A stretch of 22,189 nucleotides of DNA. Origin: Fidelibacterota bacterium. GTDB lineage: Bacteria > Fidelibacterota > Marinisomatia > Marinisomatales > UBA2128. Below, piece after piece: positions 1 to 10,700 of this stretch. The notes below the pieces were generated by a model. The model did not search any database. It was not told where the DNA came from and worked only from the letters and a program-made list of their open reading frames with translations. Position 1 is the first letter of the stretch. Each line of letters opens with the position of its first letter. Made by a program: the position numbers and the translations under genes. The stretch spans positions 1 to 22,189 of the forward strand of contig JBHHUM010000034.1 in the NCBI GenBank assembly GCA_046861645.1. The letters run 5' to 3'.

Positions 1-59
1 AGCTCCTTACCCTGATACACTCCCCGATACAGTCACTCCGTTCCCTACGAGGCCGGCGT

Positions 60-290
60 TCCTCATTACCGGGCAAGCAGGGCAGGCGCAGGGCAGGCAG
101 CGTTGGCGATCTATTATGATTGCCTGCCTGTCGACAGACCGGGAGGTTATAGACCTTTGACTCCTAACGGAGTCTATAAATATGAATAAAAATCCCGTAG
201 GCTTACAGACCCGTACTTCATGTCGGGAGATTGTATGTCTATAAAGGCACAGAACACGGTAAACACGAACTCCGTCAGAGATCAACTGAG
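60..290. repeat. Cluster of REP/REPIN-like short palindromes and repeats
   Basis: Tandem 11-mer GCAGGGCAGGC x2 at 77-98, partly complementary to TGCCTGCC at 121-128. Hairpin GACTCC-TAAC-GGAGTC at 159-174, with an alternative pairing TTATAGAC (147-154)/GTCTATAA (172-179). Related AATCCCGTAGG...GATTGTATGTCTATA and AACTCCGTCAG motifs follow. The cluster lies just downstream of the operon's last gene. Confidence 0.5.
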
Positions 291-337
291 TGGTGTAAAC
301 AACATGCAAATCAGTTTATCTTTAGAACATAGCCATT

Positions 338-1399
338 TCAATATATTCTTTTCTGTGATACTGAATCAAAAAGACACAGTTTTTTAACATTAAACCCTAT
401 TTCTATCTTATCTTTTAAGTCGTCAATATCTAATCCCCGTACTTTTGCCGTTAGCACATTTTCGCCAACCTTGAGATGCAGAATAGTCTCATTACCCAGA
501 GGCTCAGCCACAATGAGAGGGAGGGCATTCCCACCGGTAACTACCCGTATTGTACCTGGTCTGATTCCTATCACAACGGACTGGCCTTCAAACTCCCTGA
601 TCCCCGTTTTCCTTCCCAAATCAATTGACAACCCATCAGTTTTGAATATGCCGTTTTCAATAATGCCTTTCAGCAAGTTCATGGGAGGGGAGCCAATGAA
701 ACCCGCAACAAAAATATTGTCTGGATTCCGGTAAACCTTCATAGGAATACCTACCTGCTGAATATGACCCTCATTAATGACAACAATCCGGTCACCCATG
801 GTCATGGCCTCGACCTGATCGTGAGTAACATAGATCATGGTATTCCCCAACCGTTGATGGAGTCGTTTGATTTCAGCCCGCATTTGAACCCTTAGTTTTG
901 AATCAAGATTGGACAGTGGTTCATCAAAAAGAAACACCTGAGGATCACGTATTATCGCTCGTCCCAGGGCAACTCTTTGCCGTTGACCCCCCGAAAGCTG
1001 TTTGGGTTTACGTTGCAATAGATTCTGTATCCCCAGTATGTCAGCTACGGACGAAACTCGCTGAGCTATCTCCACTTTAGGGACCTTGCGTAACTTCAAT
1101 CCGAAAGCAAGATTATCATATACATTTAGATGGGGATAAAGGGCATAATTCTGGAATACCATGGCAATATCCCTATCCTTGGGCGGTACTTTATTGACCT
1201 GCTTTTCCGCAATAAATACTTCACCCGTGGTGGGTGTTTCCAAACCGGCAATAATCCGCAATAGAGTTGATTTACCACACCCCGAGGGTCCAACCAATAC
1301 GAGAAACTCTCCATCGTTCACCTCTAATGAAAAATTTTCTATTATACTCTGACCTTTCTGAAAGGACTTGTTAATATTTTTCAAAGTAACTGATGCCAT
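338..1399 (-). CDS. Sugar ABC transporter ATP-binding protein (MalK/MsmX/UgpC type)
   Basis: Walker A GPSGCGKS, signature LSGGQRQR, Walker B FLFDEPLSNLD, H-loop YVTHDQVEAMT and FVAGFIGSPPMN, plus a C-terminal TOBE-like tail. AAGGA SD upstream. Confidence 0.97.
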   Translation of the reverse strand: MASVTLKNINKSFQKGQSIIENFSLEVNDGEFLVLVGPSGCGKSTLLRIIAGLETPTTGEVFIAEKQVNKVPPKDRDIAMVFQNYALYPHLNVYDNLAFGLKLRKVPKVEIAQRVSSVADILGIQNLLQRKPKQLSGGQRQRVALGRAIIRDPQVFLFDEPLSNLDSKLRVQMRAEIKRLHQRLGNTMIYVTHDQVEAMTMGDRIVVINEGHIQQVGIPMKVYRNPDNIFVAGFIGSPPMNLLKGIIENGIFKTDGLSIDLGRKTGIREFEGQSVVIGIRPGTIRVVTGGNALPLIVAEPLGNETILHLKVGENVLTAKVRGLDIDDLKDKIEIGFNVKKLCLFDSVSQKRIY

Positions 1400-1517
1400 A
1401 ATACATCCTTATTTTTCTACAGGATCTCCGTACGAAGGAGGATAAATACTACGGATATTGATAATTTTCAATTTACTCGTTCCCCACTGTCTGCATCCCA
1501 AAGTTGAATAAACGCCA

Positions 1518-2753
1518 TCAGAAATATCCTCGTTTCTGAATGGCTGACAGACATTCAATCGTAGATTCAGCTCCGGAATTAATATTGACTGAGTTGGAAT
1601 TATCTATTCCGTCATAACAGCGACCGGACTCGGGTTGATACATTTGTACCGCAGCGATATTTTCACCAGCAAACCATTGAAAAACCTTTTCCGAACGCTC
1701 AGCATAAACAGAATCTCCTGTCATCTCAGCCAGTAACTTCACCCCCCTGTAAAGTGAATGAATTCCATAAGCTATTTGTGGAACTTCCTTCAGTGAATAT
1801 TCTCCGCTGAAACTCAAAGTTATTTCCCAGGGAAAATCATTTTCAATAACATAAGGTACAAATGAATCCCCCCAGTCAATTACACTCTTTAACAGGGTGG
1901 AATCACTCGTGATTGTAAACGCCTTTAATAGGCTGAAGGCTTGATTATTACCCCAATTATGCCAGATGTTTTTCCAGCAGAGATACATTCCGTCCAGGTC
2001 ATGATCCGGAGAAAAAAATTGATATCCAATGATTCCTTCCGCAATCTTTTCAATAGTCTCAAGATAATCAAAATCACCACTACTATGCAGTTTGGTCAAG
2101 GCGATCAACAACTCACTATTCATATCCGGAGCACTCTTTATCAACCAAGCCGGTTTCATTCCCAGTGAGGTTAATTCCTGCTCAGGATAATGACTAACCG
2201 CTTCCTGTATATAAACATCTGCTGCTATTATTCTTGCTCTAACTTCCACCATCAATTCTACATATTCAGGACGGTCAACAAAGATAAGATAGGCAGCCGC
2301 CAGGCCCCTTAACCCGCGAACAGCCCACCAACCAAAATCAGCCTGACTGTTCTGGTGAGTGGTATTAATTGAACCATCGGTATATATGAAATTGTACCAT
2401 AAACCGTCTTCCCTGCTCATATATAGAAGAAATTGGGTCAATCCTCTGGCAAGGGGTAATAGTTCACTACTGTGGTACGTCAAAATTTCCGTTTCCAATA
2501 CTTCCATAAAACGACCGGCATCATCGACACAGGCAATCCCCTCACCCGTCGCTGCGACAGGTTCATAACCAGGCGCATCAGCATAAATCCGGATATAGGA
2601 GATAGTCTCCCCTTCAACCTGCATACTATCAACTAACGAAAGGGCGTGCGATAAGTTAACTGGAGATGAAACAAGATCCTGGCTAACGTCTTTTCCCGGC
2701 ATAGTACATCCTGCCAGGGAAATAAAAATTGAAAAGGGGATAATTGACTTCAT
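1518..2753 (-). CDS. Uncharacterised lipoprotein, probable (alpha/alpha)6-barrel carbohydrate-active enzyme
   Basis: Lipobox LAGC (Cys16). Motifs EGIACVDDAGR, DGLWYNF, GRCYDGI and NINSGAESTI. Predominantly helical pattern. The start codon directly abuts the upstream GH130 stop. Confidence 0.7.
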   Translation of the reverse strand: MKSIIPFSIFISLAGCTMPGKDVSQDLVSSPVNLSHALSLVDSMQVEGETISYIRIYADAPGYEPVAATGEGIACVDDAGRFMEVLETEILTYHSSELLPLARGLTQFLLYMSREDGLWYNFIYTDGSINTTHQNSQADFGWWAVRGLRGLAAAYLIFVDRPEYVELMVEVRARIIAADVYIQEAVSHYPEQELTSLGMKPAWLIKSAPDMNSELLIALTKLHSSGDFDYLETIEKIAEGIIGYQFFSPDHDLDGMYLCWKNIWHNWGNNQAFSLLKAFTITSDSTLLKSVIDWGDSFVPYVIENDFPWEITLSFSGEYSLKEVPQIAYGIHSLYRGVKLLAEMTGDSVYAERSEKVFQWFAGENIAAVQMYQPESGRCYDGIDNSNSVNINSGAESTIECLSAIQKRGYF

Positions 2754-3662
2754 CTAAAGAAGCCGACTTTCTTCGTCAAAGATTATATCGTTTAAGTCGA
2801 TATAGGCAGCTCCGATTACTGTATCTGCACCTCCATAAATACAAAATATCCGACCATCTTTCTGTACTGTGGCACAAGAAAAAATGACATTGGGTACAAA
2901 ACCATTAATTTCCCAATCCAGTTTGGGTTCGATAATAGGGTCTTTCTGGCGGGCAATGACCTTCGTAGGATTATCAGCATCCAGTAGTACTGCTCCTAAA
3001 CGGTAGTGATTTTTCTCATCTACTCCGTGAAAAATCAGAAACCATCCTTCATCAATCTTTACTGGCGGACCCGCAATGCCGATCCTGGTTTGATTCCAGG
3101 AACCTGGTAACGGTGACATCACTTTTACATGATCTCCCCAACTCTCCATATCGTCAGAGAAACAAATCCAGATATCCTGGTGTCGCCGGTGAAACATACA
3201 ATATCTTCCTTCAATTTTTTCGGGAAAGAGAGCGGCGTTCTTGTTGGGTTCGTCCAGGACCGTTCCATGTCTTCGCCAGTGAATCAGATCCGAGGAAGAA
3301 GCCAGGCAAATTCTATAATCACTTGGGAATCTACCTGAAAATCCAGTATATGTCATGTAGAACCGATCCTCAAGTTCTACAATCCTGGGATCTTCAGGTC
3401 CTCTCATTTCTTGAGCTACATCATTTATTAGAATGGGCTCGGGTTTTCTTTCCCAATGAATTAAATCGCTGCTGGTCGCATATCCGAGGGAGTTGATATA
3501 GGATCCAAACTTTTCGTCTCCCCCTATGTCCGTTGCCCGATAGATCATATGATACCGTCCCTCGTGGTAAACGGCTCCAGCGTTAAAAACTGCTGCTCTT
3601 TCCCATTCATGCTCCTCGATCGGTTTTAATATCGGTTCTTTCCGCAGTCGTGTCAGTTTCAT
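2754..3662 (-). CDS. GH130 beta-mannoside phosphorylase, resembling beta-1,2-mannobiose/1,2-beta-oligomannan phosphorylases
   Basis: GH130 motifs AVFNAG, EDPRI, NKNAALFPEKI, FHRR, FHGV, YRLG, VPNVIFSC and YGGAD. From recall, it closely resembles Thermoanaerobacter Teth514_1788/1789 (HEWE..AVFN; IGIAGPP; IARQK.PI.EP.LDWEING.VPNV). No signal peptide. Confidence 0.9.
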   Translation of the reverse strand: MKLTRLRKEPILKPIEEHEWERAAVFNAGAVYHEGRYHMIYRATDIGGDEKFGSYINSLGYATSSDLIHWERKPEPILINDVAQEMRGPEDPRIVELEDRFYMTYTGFSGRFPSDYRICLASSSDLIHWRRHGTVLDEPNKNAALFPEKIEGRYCMFHRRHQDIWICFSDDMESWGDHVKVMSPLPGSWNQTRIGIAGPPVKIDEGWFLIFHGVDEKNHYRLGAVLLDADNPTKVIARQKDPIIEPKLDWEINGFVPNVIFSCATVQKDGRIFCIYGGADTVIGAAYIDLNDIIFDEESRLL

Positions 3663-3687
3663 GGATCCCTTATTATGATTTTGAGTG

Positions 3688-4497
3688 TTAACCTTTAATA
3701 CCTGACGTTGCCATACTCTCGATAAAATAACGCTGGAAAAACATATAGACTATGATTACTGGAATAGCTAAAAACATTGCCGCAGCGAGGATCACTCCCT
3801 GCTGCATTTCCGCCGAACCACCAAGAGCGAACAGGGTCACCATTTGTGGCATGGTCATCAGGTTTTGTTCGCGGATGACTATCAGCGGCCAGAGCACCTC
3901 GTTCCAGGCGGTGAGGAATGTAATAATTCCTACAGCCACCATAGCCGGCAATGCATTTGGCCATACTACACGAAACAGAATGGTCAGTTCACTGGACCCG
4001 TCTATCCTTGCAGCGTCAATCAGATTTTTAGGAATGGACTGAAAATATTGCCGAAATAAAAATATTCCAAAACCACTGACCGTAAAGGGAACAATCAGAG
4101 CCAAATATGAATCAGTCCATCCTAACTTAACAATAAGAATATAAGTGGGTATAAGGGTGATCTGAAAAGGAATCATCATGGTGAATAAAATCAAGTAGAA
4201 TAAAGCAGACTTCCCTCTAAAATTCAAATAGGCAAGGGCATAACCAACCATAGAGCTGAATAACAACACCGCAGCCGTAATTGCTGAAGACACTAAGAGA
4301 CTGTTAAGAAATGCTCTGGTGATGGGTATCTTCTCTAAAACGGATTGATAACTTTGGAGGGTAAACTGTGAGGGCCAAAGTGACAATTGCATGATTTCAC
4401 TCTCTGGCTTTAAGGTTGCAAAGGCCATCCACACAAAGGGGTAGAGAAAGGAAAGCGCTCCTAAGGTTAGAATGCCATAGTGGACGATCTTTCTCAT
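3688..4497 (-). CDS. Carbohydrate ABC transporter permease (MalG-type)
   Basis: About six hydrophobic segments, EAA-loop variant IPKNLIDAARIDGS, AWNEVLWPL and terminal FQRYFIESMATSGIKG. Confidence 0.96.
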   Translation of the reverse strand: MRKIVHYGILTLGALSFLYPFVWMAFATLKPESEIMQLSLWPSQFTLQSYQSVLEKIPITRAFLNSLLVSSAITAAVLLFSSMVGYALAYLNFRGKSALFYLILFTMMIPFQITLIPTYILIVKLGWTDSYLALIVPFTVSGFGIFLFRQYFQSIPKNLIDAARIDGSSELTILFRVVWPNALPAMVAVGIITFLTAWNEVLWPLIVIREQNLMTMPQMVTLFALGGSAEMQQGVILAAAMFLAIPVIIVYMFFQRYFIESMATSGIKG

Positions 4498-4600
4498 CTG
4501 CTCACTGTACTGATAATTACAACTTGATTATTTCAGTCAACATATGATGCCAGCACTCAGTTTTCTGAATGGGACGGTATCGGTCAAGGGGAGCCATGTT

Positions 4601-5455
4601 CTACTCCTTTTCAAGGATTTTCTTCTGAATTAGCGTAACGGAGAATATCATCAGCGCCAAGGCAAAGCCTACCGTGGCAGCATAGCCCATCTTATAGAAG
4701 CTGAAGGCTTGGCGGTAGATATAGAGTACCACCGATAGGGTGCTTTGTACTGGACCTCCACCTGTCATCACATAAGGTTCGATAAAGAGATTGAAACCCC
4801 CTATAGTGGACAAAATGACAACCATGATCACTACCGGATTAAGCATGGGAATGGTGATTTTAAAGAATTGCTGGAATTTAGAGGCTCCATCAAGTTCTGC
4901 CGCTTCGTATAAATGTCTCGGTATTCCCTGCAAGCCAGCAAGAAACAAAACGGTATAAAGACCCACATTTTTCCATGTCGCCATAACGGCGATGGACGGC
5001 ATGGCCCAAGCGGTATCAGTCAGCCAGGGAACTCTGGGCAAGCCCACTAATGATAAAACACTGTTCAACAACCCCGTCTCGGTGGAATAGAGATTCTTCC
5101 AAAGAATGGTCACCACCACACCTGAAATCACAACCGGTAAAAAGAAGGAGGCTCGAAAAAACATTACGCCCCGAATGTTTTTATTCAGGGCGTTGGCTAG
5201 AACCAGCGCCACAGCTACCTGGAGAGGAATATGAATCACCAGAAACCAAAGGGTATTTGCCATCGATTTCCAGAAAAGGGGATCATGGGCCAGATAGCGA
5301 ATATTTTCAAGCCCGATAAATTCCATGGGACCTAAAATGTTCCAGCGGTGAAAAACAAGCAATAACGAAAAAGCTATAGGATAAGCAGAGAATAACAGAA
5401 AAAATATGATATAAGGTGAGGCGAACAGCCAACCAACCTTAGATTGGTTGACCAT
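4601..5455 (-). CDS. Carbohydrate ABC transporter permease (MalF/UgpA-type)
   Basis: FIGLEN, EAA loop IPRHLYEAAELDGA, MTGGGP and MGYAA motifs. The start directly abuts the stop of the binding-protein gene. Confidence 0.96.
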   Translation of the reverse strand: MVNQSKVGWLFASPYIIFFLLFSAYPIAFSLLLVFHRWNILGPMEFIGLENIRYLAHDPLFWKSMANTLWFLVIHIPLQVAVALVLANALNKNIRGVMFFRASFFLPVVISGVVVTILWKNLYSTETGLLNSVLSLVGLPRVPWLTDTAWAMPSIAVMATWKNVGLYTVLFLAGLQGIPRHLYEAAELDGASKFQQFFKITIPMLNPVVIMVVILSTIGGFNLFIEPYVMTGGGPVQSTLSVVLYIYRQAFSFYKMGYAATVGFALALMIFSVTLIQKKILEKE

Positions 5456-6757
5456 TTATGTTTTCTCCCGCAAGACAAGTACCTGGCACCGCTGGGCAGC
5501 ATCACGAAGTGCTTCCGCACTGCTTTTCATTCCGTGGAGACAGGCAGCATCAAACTCTTGTGAGATAATATCAAACATTTCCTGCAAATAAATGGACTGA
5601 TCCGCACCTCCAATATTAGGTATCATCTCAGCAAAAAATCTATACTGGGGGTACTCATAAAAGTAATTATAGAAGAGTGAATCTGTCAATAGACCTGCTC
5701 GAATGGGCATCTGATTGGTAATATCCAAAAGTTTCTTATCATTCGAGCGAGACACCATGAACTTCACAAATTCCCACGCTATAGCAGGTCGCTTTGTTGA
5801 TGCAAAAATACAGATGTTCTTGGGATCGCCATACGTATACAGTTTACCCTGATAATCATCTGGTACAGGAATGGGCATAATTCCATACTGAAACCCTTCC
5901 GGTCTGAATTTCTCAATGTGAGCAATATTCCACGGTCCACTAATGTGAGTTGCCACCTTACCCTGTAAAAACACATCACCCTGGAAAAAAGCATTAGGAA
6001 AATATCCACGTTGAAATCCCTTACTCAGAAAATCAAAGACAGCTTTACCTACCGGCGAGTCAATCGTGATCTCGTTATCTGCTCCAATGAGTGTGCTTCC
6101 TCCTGAAGCTGCAATATAAAAAGTGTAAAAATCAAAGAAGCGGTGCCACCATTCCGTATTAATATCTATATCCATCATCCACTGATCAAAATAACCATCA
6201 TGATCAAGGTCTTGAGTCAATATCTCAGCAGCCGCGAAATAATCTGAATAAGTCTTCAACGGTGCAGTAATGCCATTTTCCTTAAATAACTGTCTGTTGT
6301 AATAGAGCACAATAGGATTGCATTTCCAGGGCATCTGATAAATGAAACCATCTTTGGATCGAAATTGATCATGCAATTCCACAGGAATACGGGAGGTAAA
6401 GAGGCTATCGAATCCTGGCAGAGTATCCATTCTGACGACAACTCCCGCTTCCACATATTGCTGCGCGGTTCCAGGCCAGAGGTTGGAATAGATATCCGGG
6501 GTTGTATTGCTGACAATCGCCGCAAGTATCACCTCCTCGCTGGATCGTCCTTCAGGTATGGGCTGATGTTTCACCAACCATGCGGGATGAAGCTCATTCC
6601 ACTGTTTAACAACTTCTAATGCCAAAGTGATTTCGTGGGGATTATTAGAAGACCAATAGGTAAGGAGGTAAGGGCTTTCTGAGGATCCTGATCGAGAGCA
6701 ACCGGAAAACAACATACCGGTTAGTATGACAATAGAAGTTACTCCCATGATTTTCAT
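5456..6757 (-). CDS. Sugar ABC transporter substrate-binding lipoprotein (SBP family 1)
   Basis: Lipobox-like LFSGC, then PDI, LYYNRQLF, F.QGKVA..ISGPW and AWEFVKFM motifs. Adjacent to two permeases. Confidence 0.93.
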   Translation of the reverse strand: MKIMGVTSIVILTGMLFSGCSRSGSSESPYLLTYWSSNNPHEITLALEVVKQWNELHPAWLVKHQPIPEGRSSEEVILAAIVSNTTPDIYSNLWPGTAQQYVEAGVVVRMDTLPGFDSLFTSRIPVELHDQFRSKDGFIYQMPWKCNPIVLYYNRQLFKENGITAPLKTYSDYFAAAEILTQDLDHDGYFDQWMMDIDINTEWWHRFFDFYTFYIAASGGSTLIGADNEITIDSPVGKAVFDFLSKGFQRGYFPNAFFQGDVFLQGKVATHISGPWNIAHIEKFRPEGFQYGIMPIPVPDDYQGKLYTYGDPKNICIFASTKRPAIAWEFVKFMVSRSNDKKLLDITNQMPIRAGLLTDSLFYNYFYEYPQYRFFAEMIPNIGGADQSIYLQEMFDIISQEFDAACLHGMKSSAEALRDAAQRCQVLVLREKT

Positions 6758-6762
6758 GGAAA

Positions 6763-7782
6763 TCAGGAGGTAAAGCTTATGGTGACAGCCTGTAAAAAGC
6801 CCAGGTGGCCAAAATCGCGGTACCCGTAATCCACAGCAATTGATCCAAATGAAGTAGGTACTATTACACCACCCCCCAGACTAAAACCCTCTATACTATC
6901 ATCCTGTTGAAGACTACTACTTCCCAATCTTAAAAAGACTGAATTCCACAGGGAAATTTCAACGCCCGCATCAATAGCTTCATAATTATTGCTGGGATGA
7001 ATGGCATCTACTTCCGCCGATACTCTCAACTGTTTACTTTTTATGATATCGGTGGCCAGTCCAAAGCGGAAGTTCAGCGGCAGCGACCAGACATCCAAAC
7101 CGTATTCAGCCGGGATAAGATTGTTATTTCCTTCAATAGTAGGATCAGGATCATGTACAATGTCCATATCCCGACCGTCCATCTGCATATCAGTTCCATA
7201 GTTACTCAACACCACGATTACCTTTAAACCGTTGAACAGGTTCGTAGTATATGAAGTGCCAAAATCGATGGCGGTACCCCGGGCCACCGAGTGCCAGATA
7301 CGCTCCTGTACATACTTGATATTGGCTCCGATGGCAAATCTGTCCGTGAGGGCTCTGGCGGCAGAGACAGCAATGACCATATCCCCGGCATCAAAGAATT
7401 GACCAGTTCCCTCCTGTTCAATCTCAGTACGTACCGGCATATCATCCATCGACCAGGTTGATATAAAGGCTCCCAACACAAACTGCTGTCTCAGGGGAAC
7501 TACTACAGAAAAATGTTGAACTCGCGTATCGACAAACCAGGGCAAATAGGAAGCGCTTATTAGGAGTGATTTGACCGTGGCTGCTGAGGCGGGATTCCAA
7601 AAGAACACCGTGGCATCCTCGGTTAATCCACCCACAGCGTTTCCCAGAGCCATCCCCCTGGCACTACCAGGAAAGCTGAGAATTTCACCAGCAGTAGTCC
7701 CCACTTTGGAAACGTTACTGACAAAATTCTGGGAGCTGGCAACTCCTACCATCAACAGAACGATGAATGTGAGCTTCTGCAT
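6763..7782 (-). CDS. PorV/PorQ-family (UPF0164-like) outer-membrane beta-barrel protein
   Basis: Signal peptide followed by SKVGTT..IL.FPGSARGMALGNA...D...FWNPA, typical of PorV/FadL-like barrels, then amphipathic beta-strands. Start reassigned to the ATG at 7782 (MQKL), 1 nt after the upstream stop. Confidence 0.85.
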   Translation of the reverse strand: MQKLTFIVLLMVGVASSQNFVSNVSKVGTTAGEILSFPGSARGMALGNAVGGLTEDATVFFWNPASAATVKSLLISASYLPWFVDTRVQHFSVVVPLRQQFVLGAFISTWSMDDMPVRTEIEQEGTGQFFDAGDMVIAVSAARALTDRFAIGANIKYVQERIWHSVARGTAIDFGTSYTTNLFNGLKVIVVLSNYGTDMQMDGRDMDIVHDPDPTIEGNNNLIPAEYGLDVWSLPLNFRFGLATDIIKSKQLRVSAEVDAIHPSNNYEAIDAGVEISLWNSVFLRLGSSSLQQDDSIEGFSLGGGVIVPTSFGSIAVDYGYRDFGHLGFLQAVTISFTS

Positions 7783-7783
7783 C

Positions 7784-10700
7784 TTACTTGATAACAGCAA
7801 ATTTCCCCACAGCCTCTTGCCCGAAGGCCTCTATGACGTAGAAGTAGATTCCATAGGCAATGTTCATTCCATCCTTACTTACCAGATCCCATGCTTCCTG
7901 TCCACTTCCTCCCGTCCCATTATGCTCGATTGTATCTACCAGTTTTCCTGATTTGGTGTAAATGGTAATCGTGCACTGTTCAGGAAGACCCATAAAGTAA
8001 ATTCGACGTTCTCCCCGACCTGATTTGTACAGATTGGATGGCTCAAAAATGCTCGTGGCTACATAAGGATTAGGAACCACAAAAACTTCATCCATGGCAT
8101 CCTTACCCATCTTTTCATCAACCTCAGCCCCTTGCACCGTAAAGCGGTATCGCTCGCTATTACGGAAAGGTTTAGTGGTTGTCACACGAACAAGATCCCC
8201 CGCACCGGGAGGCAGTGGCGTAACGCCCTCTTCGGGAGCAAACAGTCTGATTACCCATGATACCCAGTAATTCGGATATACAGGATCGGCACCCGCACTA
8301 TCACCCGCTAAAATGATTATAGGTTCATTGGCTTGCCATTCATGATCATAAGACAGTGAATCTCCTTGCAGTCTCTCGACAACACCAAACTTGGCATATT
8401 TCTGTTCTGTAGCATTCCATACTCGGAACGGGACTGGTATTCCCGGTCGACCAACGGGTCCATAGGGCCATCCTAACTGGAAAGAAGTATCCACTACCTC
8501 ATTTTCAAAAATTATCATATAATCGGCAGGATAAAGAAGCTTGCGGTTGCCGTAATCGCCCCAGACGTTATCACCCAAAATAAGTTCCTTGACCGTAACA
8601 ACATAATTGGATTGGTGATCACCATACCAGCCACTGGCACTGTCCACAATACTTATTGTTGTGTCGTTGTAAACCACAATACCCAGTCCATTTGTAATAG
8701 GCATTTCCTGTCCATAGAGCTTCACCTCGATAGAGTCAAATAAAGTCGTCTGGCTGGTGTTATCCTGGAGACTTACCATTGGTATTGAATCATCGTAATG
8801 GGAGGACTCCTCGGAAAAAACCAATTGGTATTCATGTCCATCTTTCAGGGAATCGCTTTGCACGACAAAAACATCAACGTATCCTGTGGCAGGACCCGGC
8901 AGTGTATCCCACTCAACAAAAATTTGTTCGTCGATACTTCCTTCTGTATAACCTGCGGCTTTCACCCGGGGTGTAACTACAGCCGTATTGATATCGGTCT
9001 CCACATTTTGAGAAATATCCACTTGAATAATAGCCGAACATTCACTCGGTGACAATCCTCTCACATGACCATTCTGATCTAACTGAAAATTCCCATCAGA
9101 ATCTATAGCAATCAGCCCGCGATCATAGGACACCACCGCATAGTAGTAGGTCTGCCCATTAATGACATTCCTATCAATATAATAGTGGCGAAGACCGGTA
9201 TCATTGCCGAGATTGTACTTGAGACCATCAATATCAACTGGATGCAAACCCGATATTCCATTTGCCATATCAAACTGTGCTATCCCCTTCTTAAAAGTCT
9301 CTTCCCCGTAGGTGTTGGTGATGGTTCGAATCTCATTGAAAAAAGGTTCGGTACTGCGGTATATCTTATAGCCCTCAAAGTCATAATCACCTAAAAATGG
9401 GTCAAAGGAATCTTCAGCCCTATCATCCCAATAAAGGATAACCTGTCCATCACCAGGTATAGCTGTTAATATGGGTTTCAGTGGCGGTTGAGCAAAGCGG
9501 TAGTCAGCATTATAAATCTGTTGTACTGTCTCTTTTTTCCGAGCCAGGGAGGAGTTTCTTATTTCATCACTACTGGGAGCATCAGGAAAATCCTTATCAG
9601 CAAAAATCAGAGCCATGGAGAATCTCTCTGTATGTCCCGCGGGCATAGGAAAAGGTCCAGATGAGAAAAACATACCGAGATTCCTTCCCCCTTCCAGGTA
9701 AACCTCTTCAGGTCGTTGCAGCACAGTAAATATCTCATGCCAATTTTCTTCATCGTTGATAAGCTCATAATCATGTACATCGAAGACGCTAAAACCGGTC
9801 AATCCCAATTGATCAGATTCATCTTTGTCCGTTTGATTATAGTCAGGTTCTCCATCAGTAGGTATGCCATCCCCCTCTCCCGTATCTCGCCCGGGATAGC
9901 TGGGATGATACGGCGCCAGTCCATCCACGCCAACATCATCATTAAGCGGTTCATCTGGATCCCATATCCCATTTCCATTCTCGTCTGAATAGCCTTCCCA
10001 ATCCTGGTCCTCATCACCTTCCCAGTGGGGTCTCGGCTCACGACTGTAAAACTCTTCAAACTTGACCACATCGTCTACTCCATAAGGATACACATCAAGC
10101 CAGGACCCGGGGTCATTATCACGCTCTTCGTCAACAATGCCATCCTCGTCGTTATCTAAATCATCAAAAGGATTTCCTGGGCTTTCCAGGAAGGCATAAG
10201 CAGCGACACCGGTAGGAGCCCACTGTCCGGGTTGACCAATGCCATTGAAATCCCAGGCAAAGGCTATATCAAGATAGGTGCTATATCCCCCTTCATCATC
10301 ACCGGAGTCATCTGTACCACCAATCCCCCAGTCGATGTATTGGGAAAAGTAAACGGAATCGTAATCAGTTTTACCTTCATTGATAATCTCATAGTGCCAA
10401 AAAATGACGTCTTGAGCGAGGACGTGAGACCACTGAAAACCTCTCACTCTAACTTCCATACCAGCTCCGCCACGGGTTGTATCGTCCGGATCAGGATAGA
10501 AGACCCCTGCCCCAGTAGTCGTATCACTGGCATAGAACCACTCTTCGTCGGGGGAATCATCGCATACGAAATAAGTTTCCACATCAGCATTGGTCATGTC
10601 CCGACCGAAATAGCCATTCCATTCTCCCGCCCATTCTGGTTTATCTGCCCAGGCATCCGGCCAGGTAAAGGGATCATCGCTTCTGGCGGGAGAGCTCTGT

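Noticed and set aside
7..309. 100-aa minus-strand ORF
   Set aside because: It runs through palindromic repeats (CLPCACPACP is just the tandem repeat translated) and has no recognisable domain.
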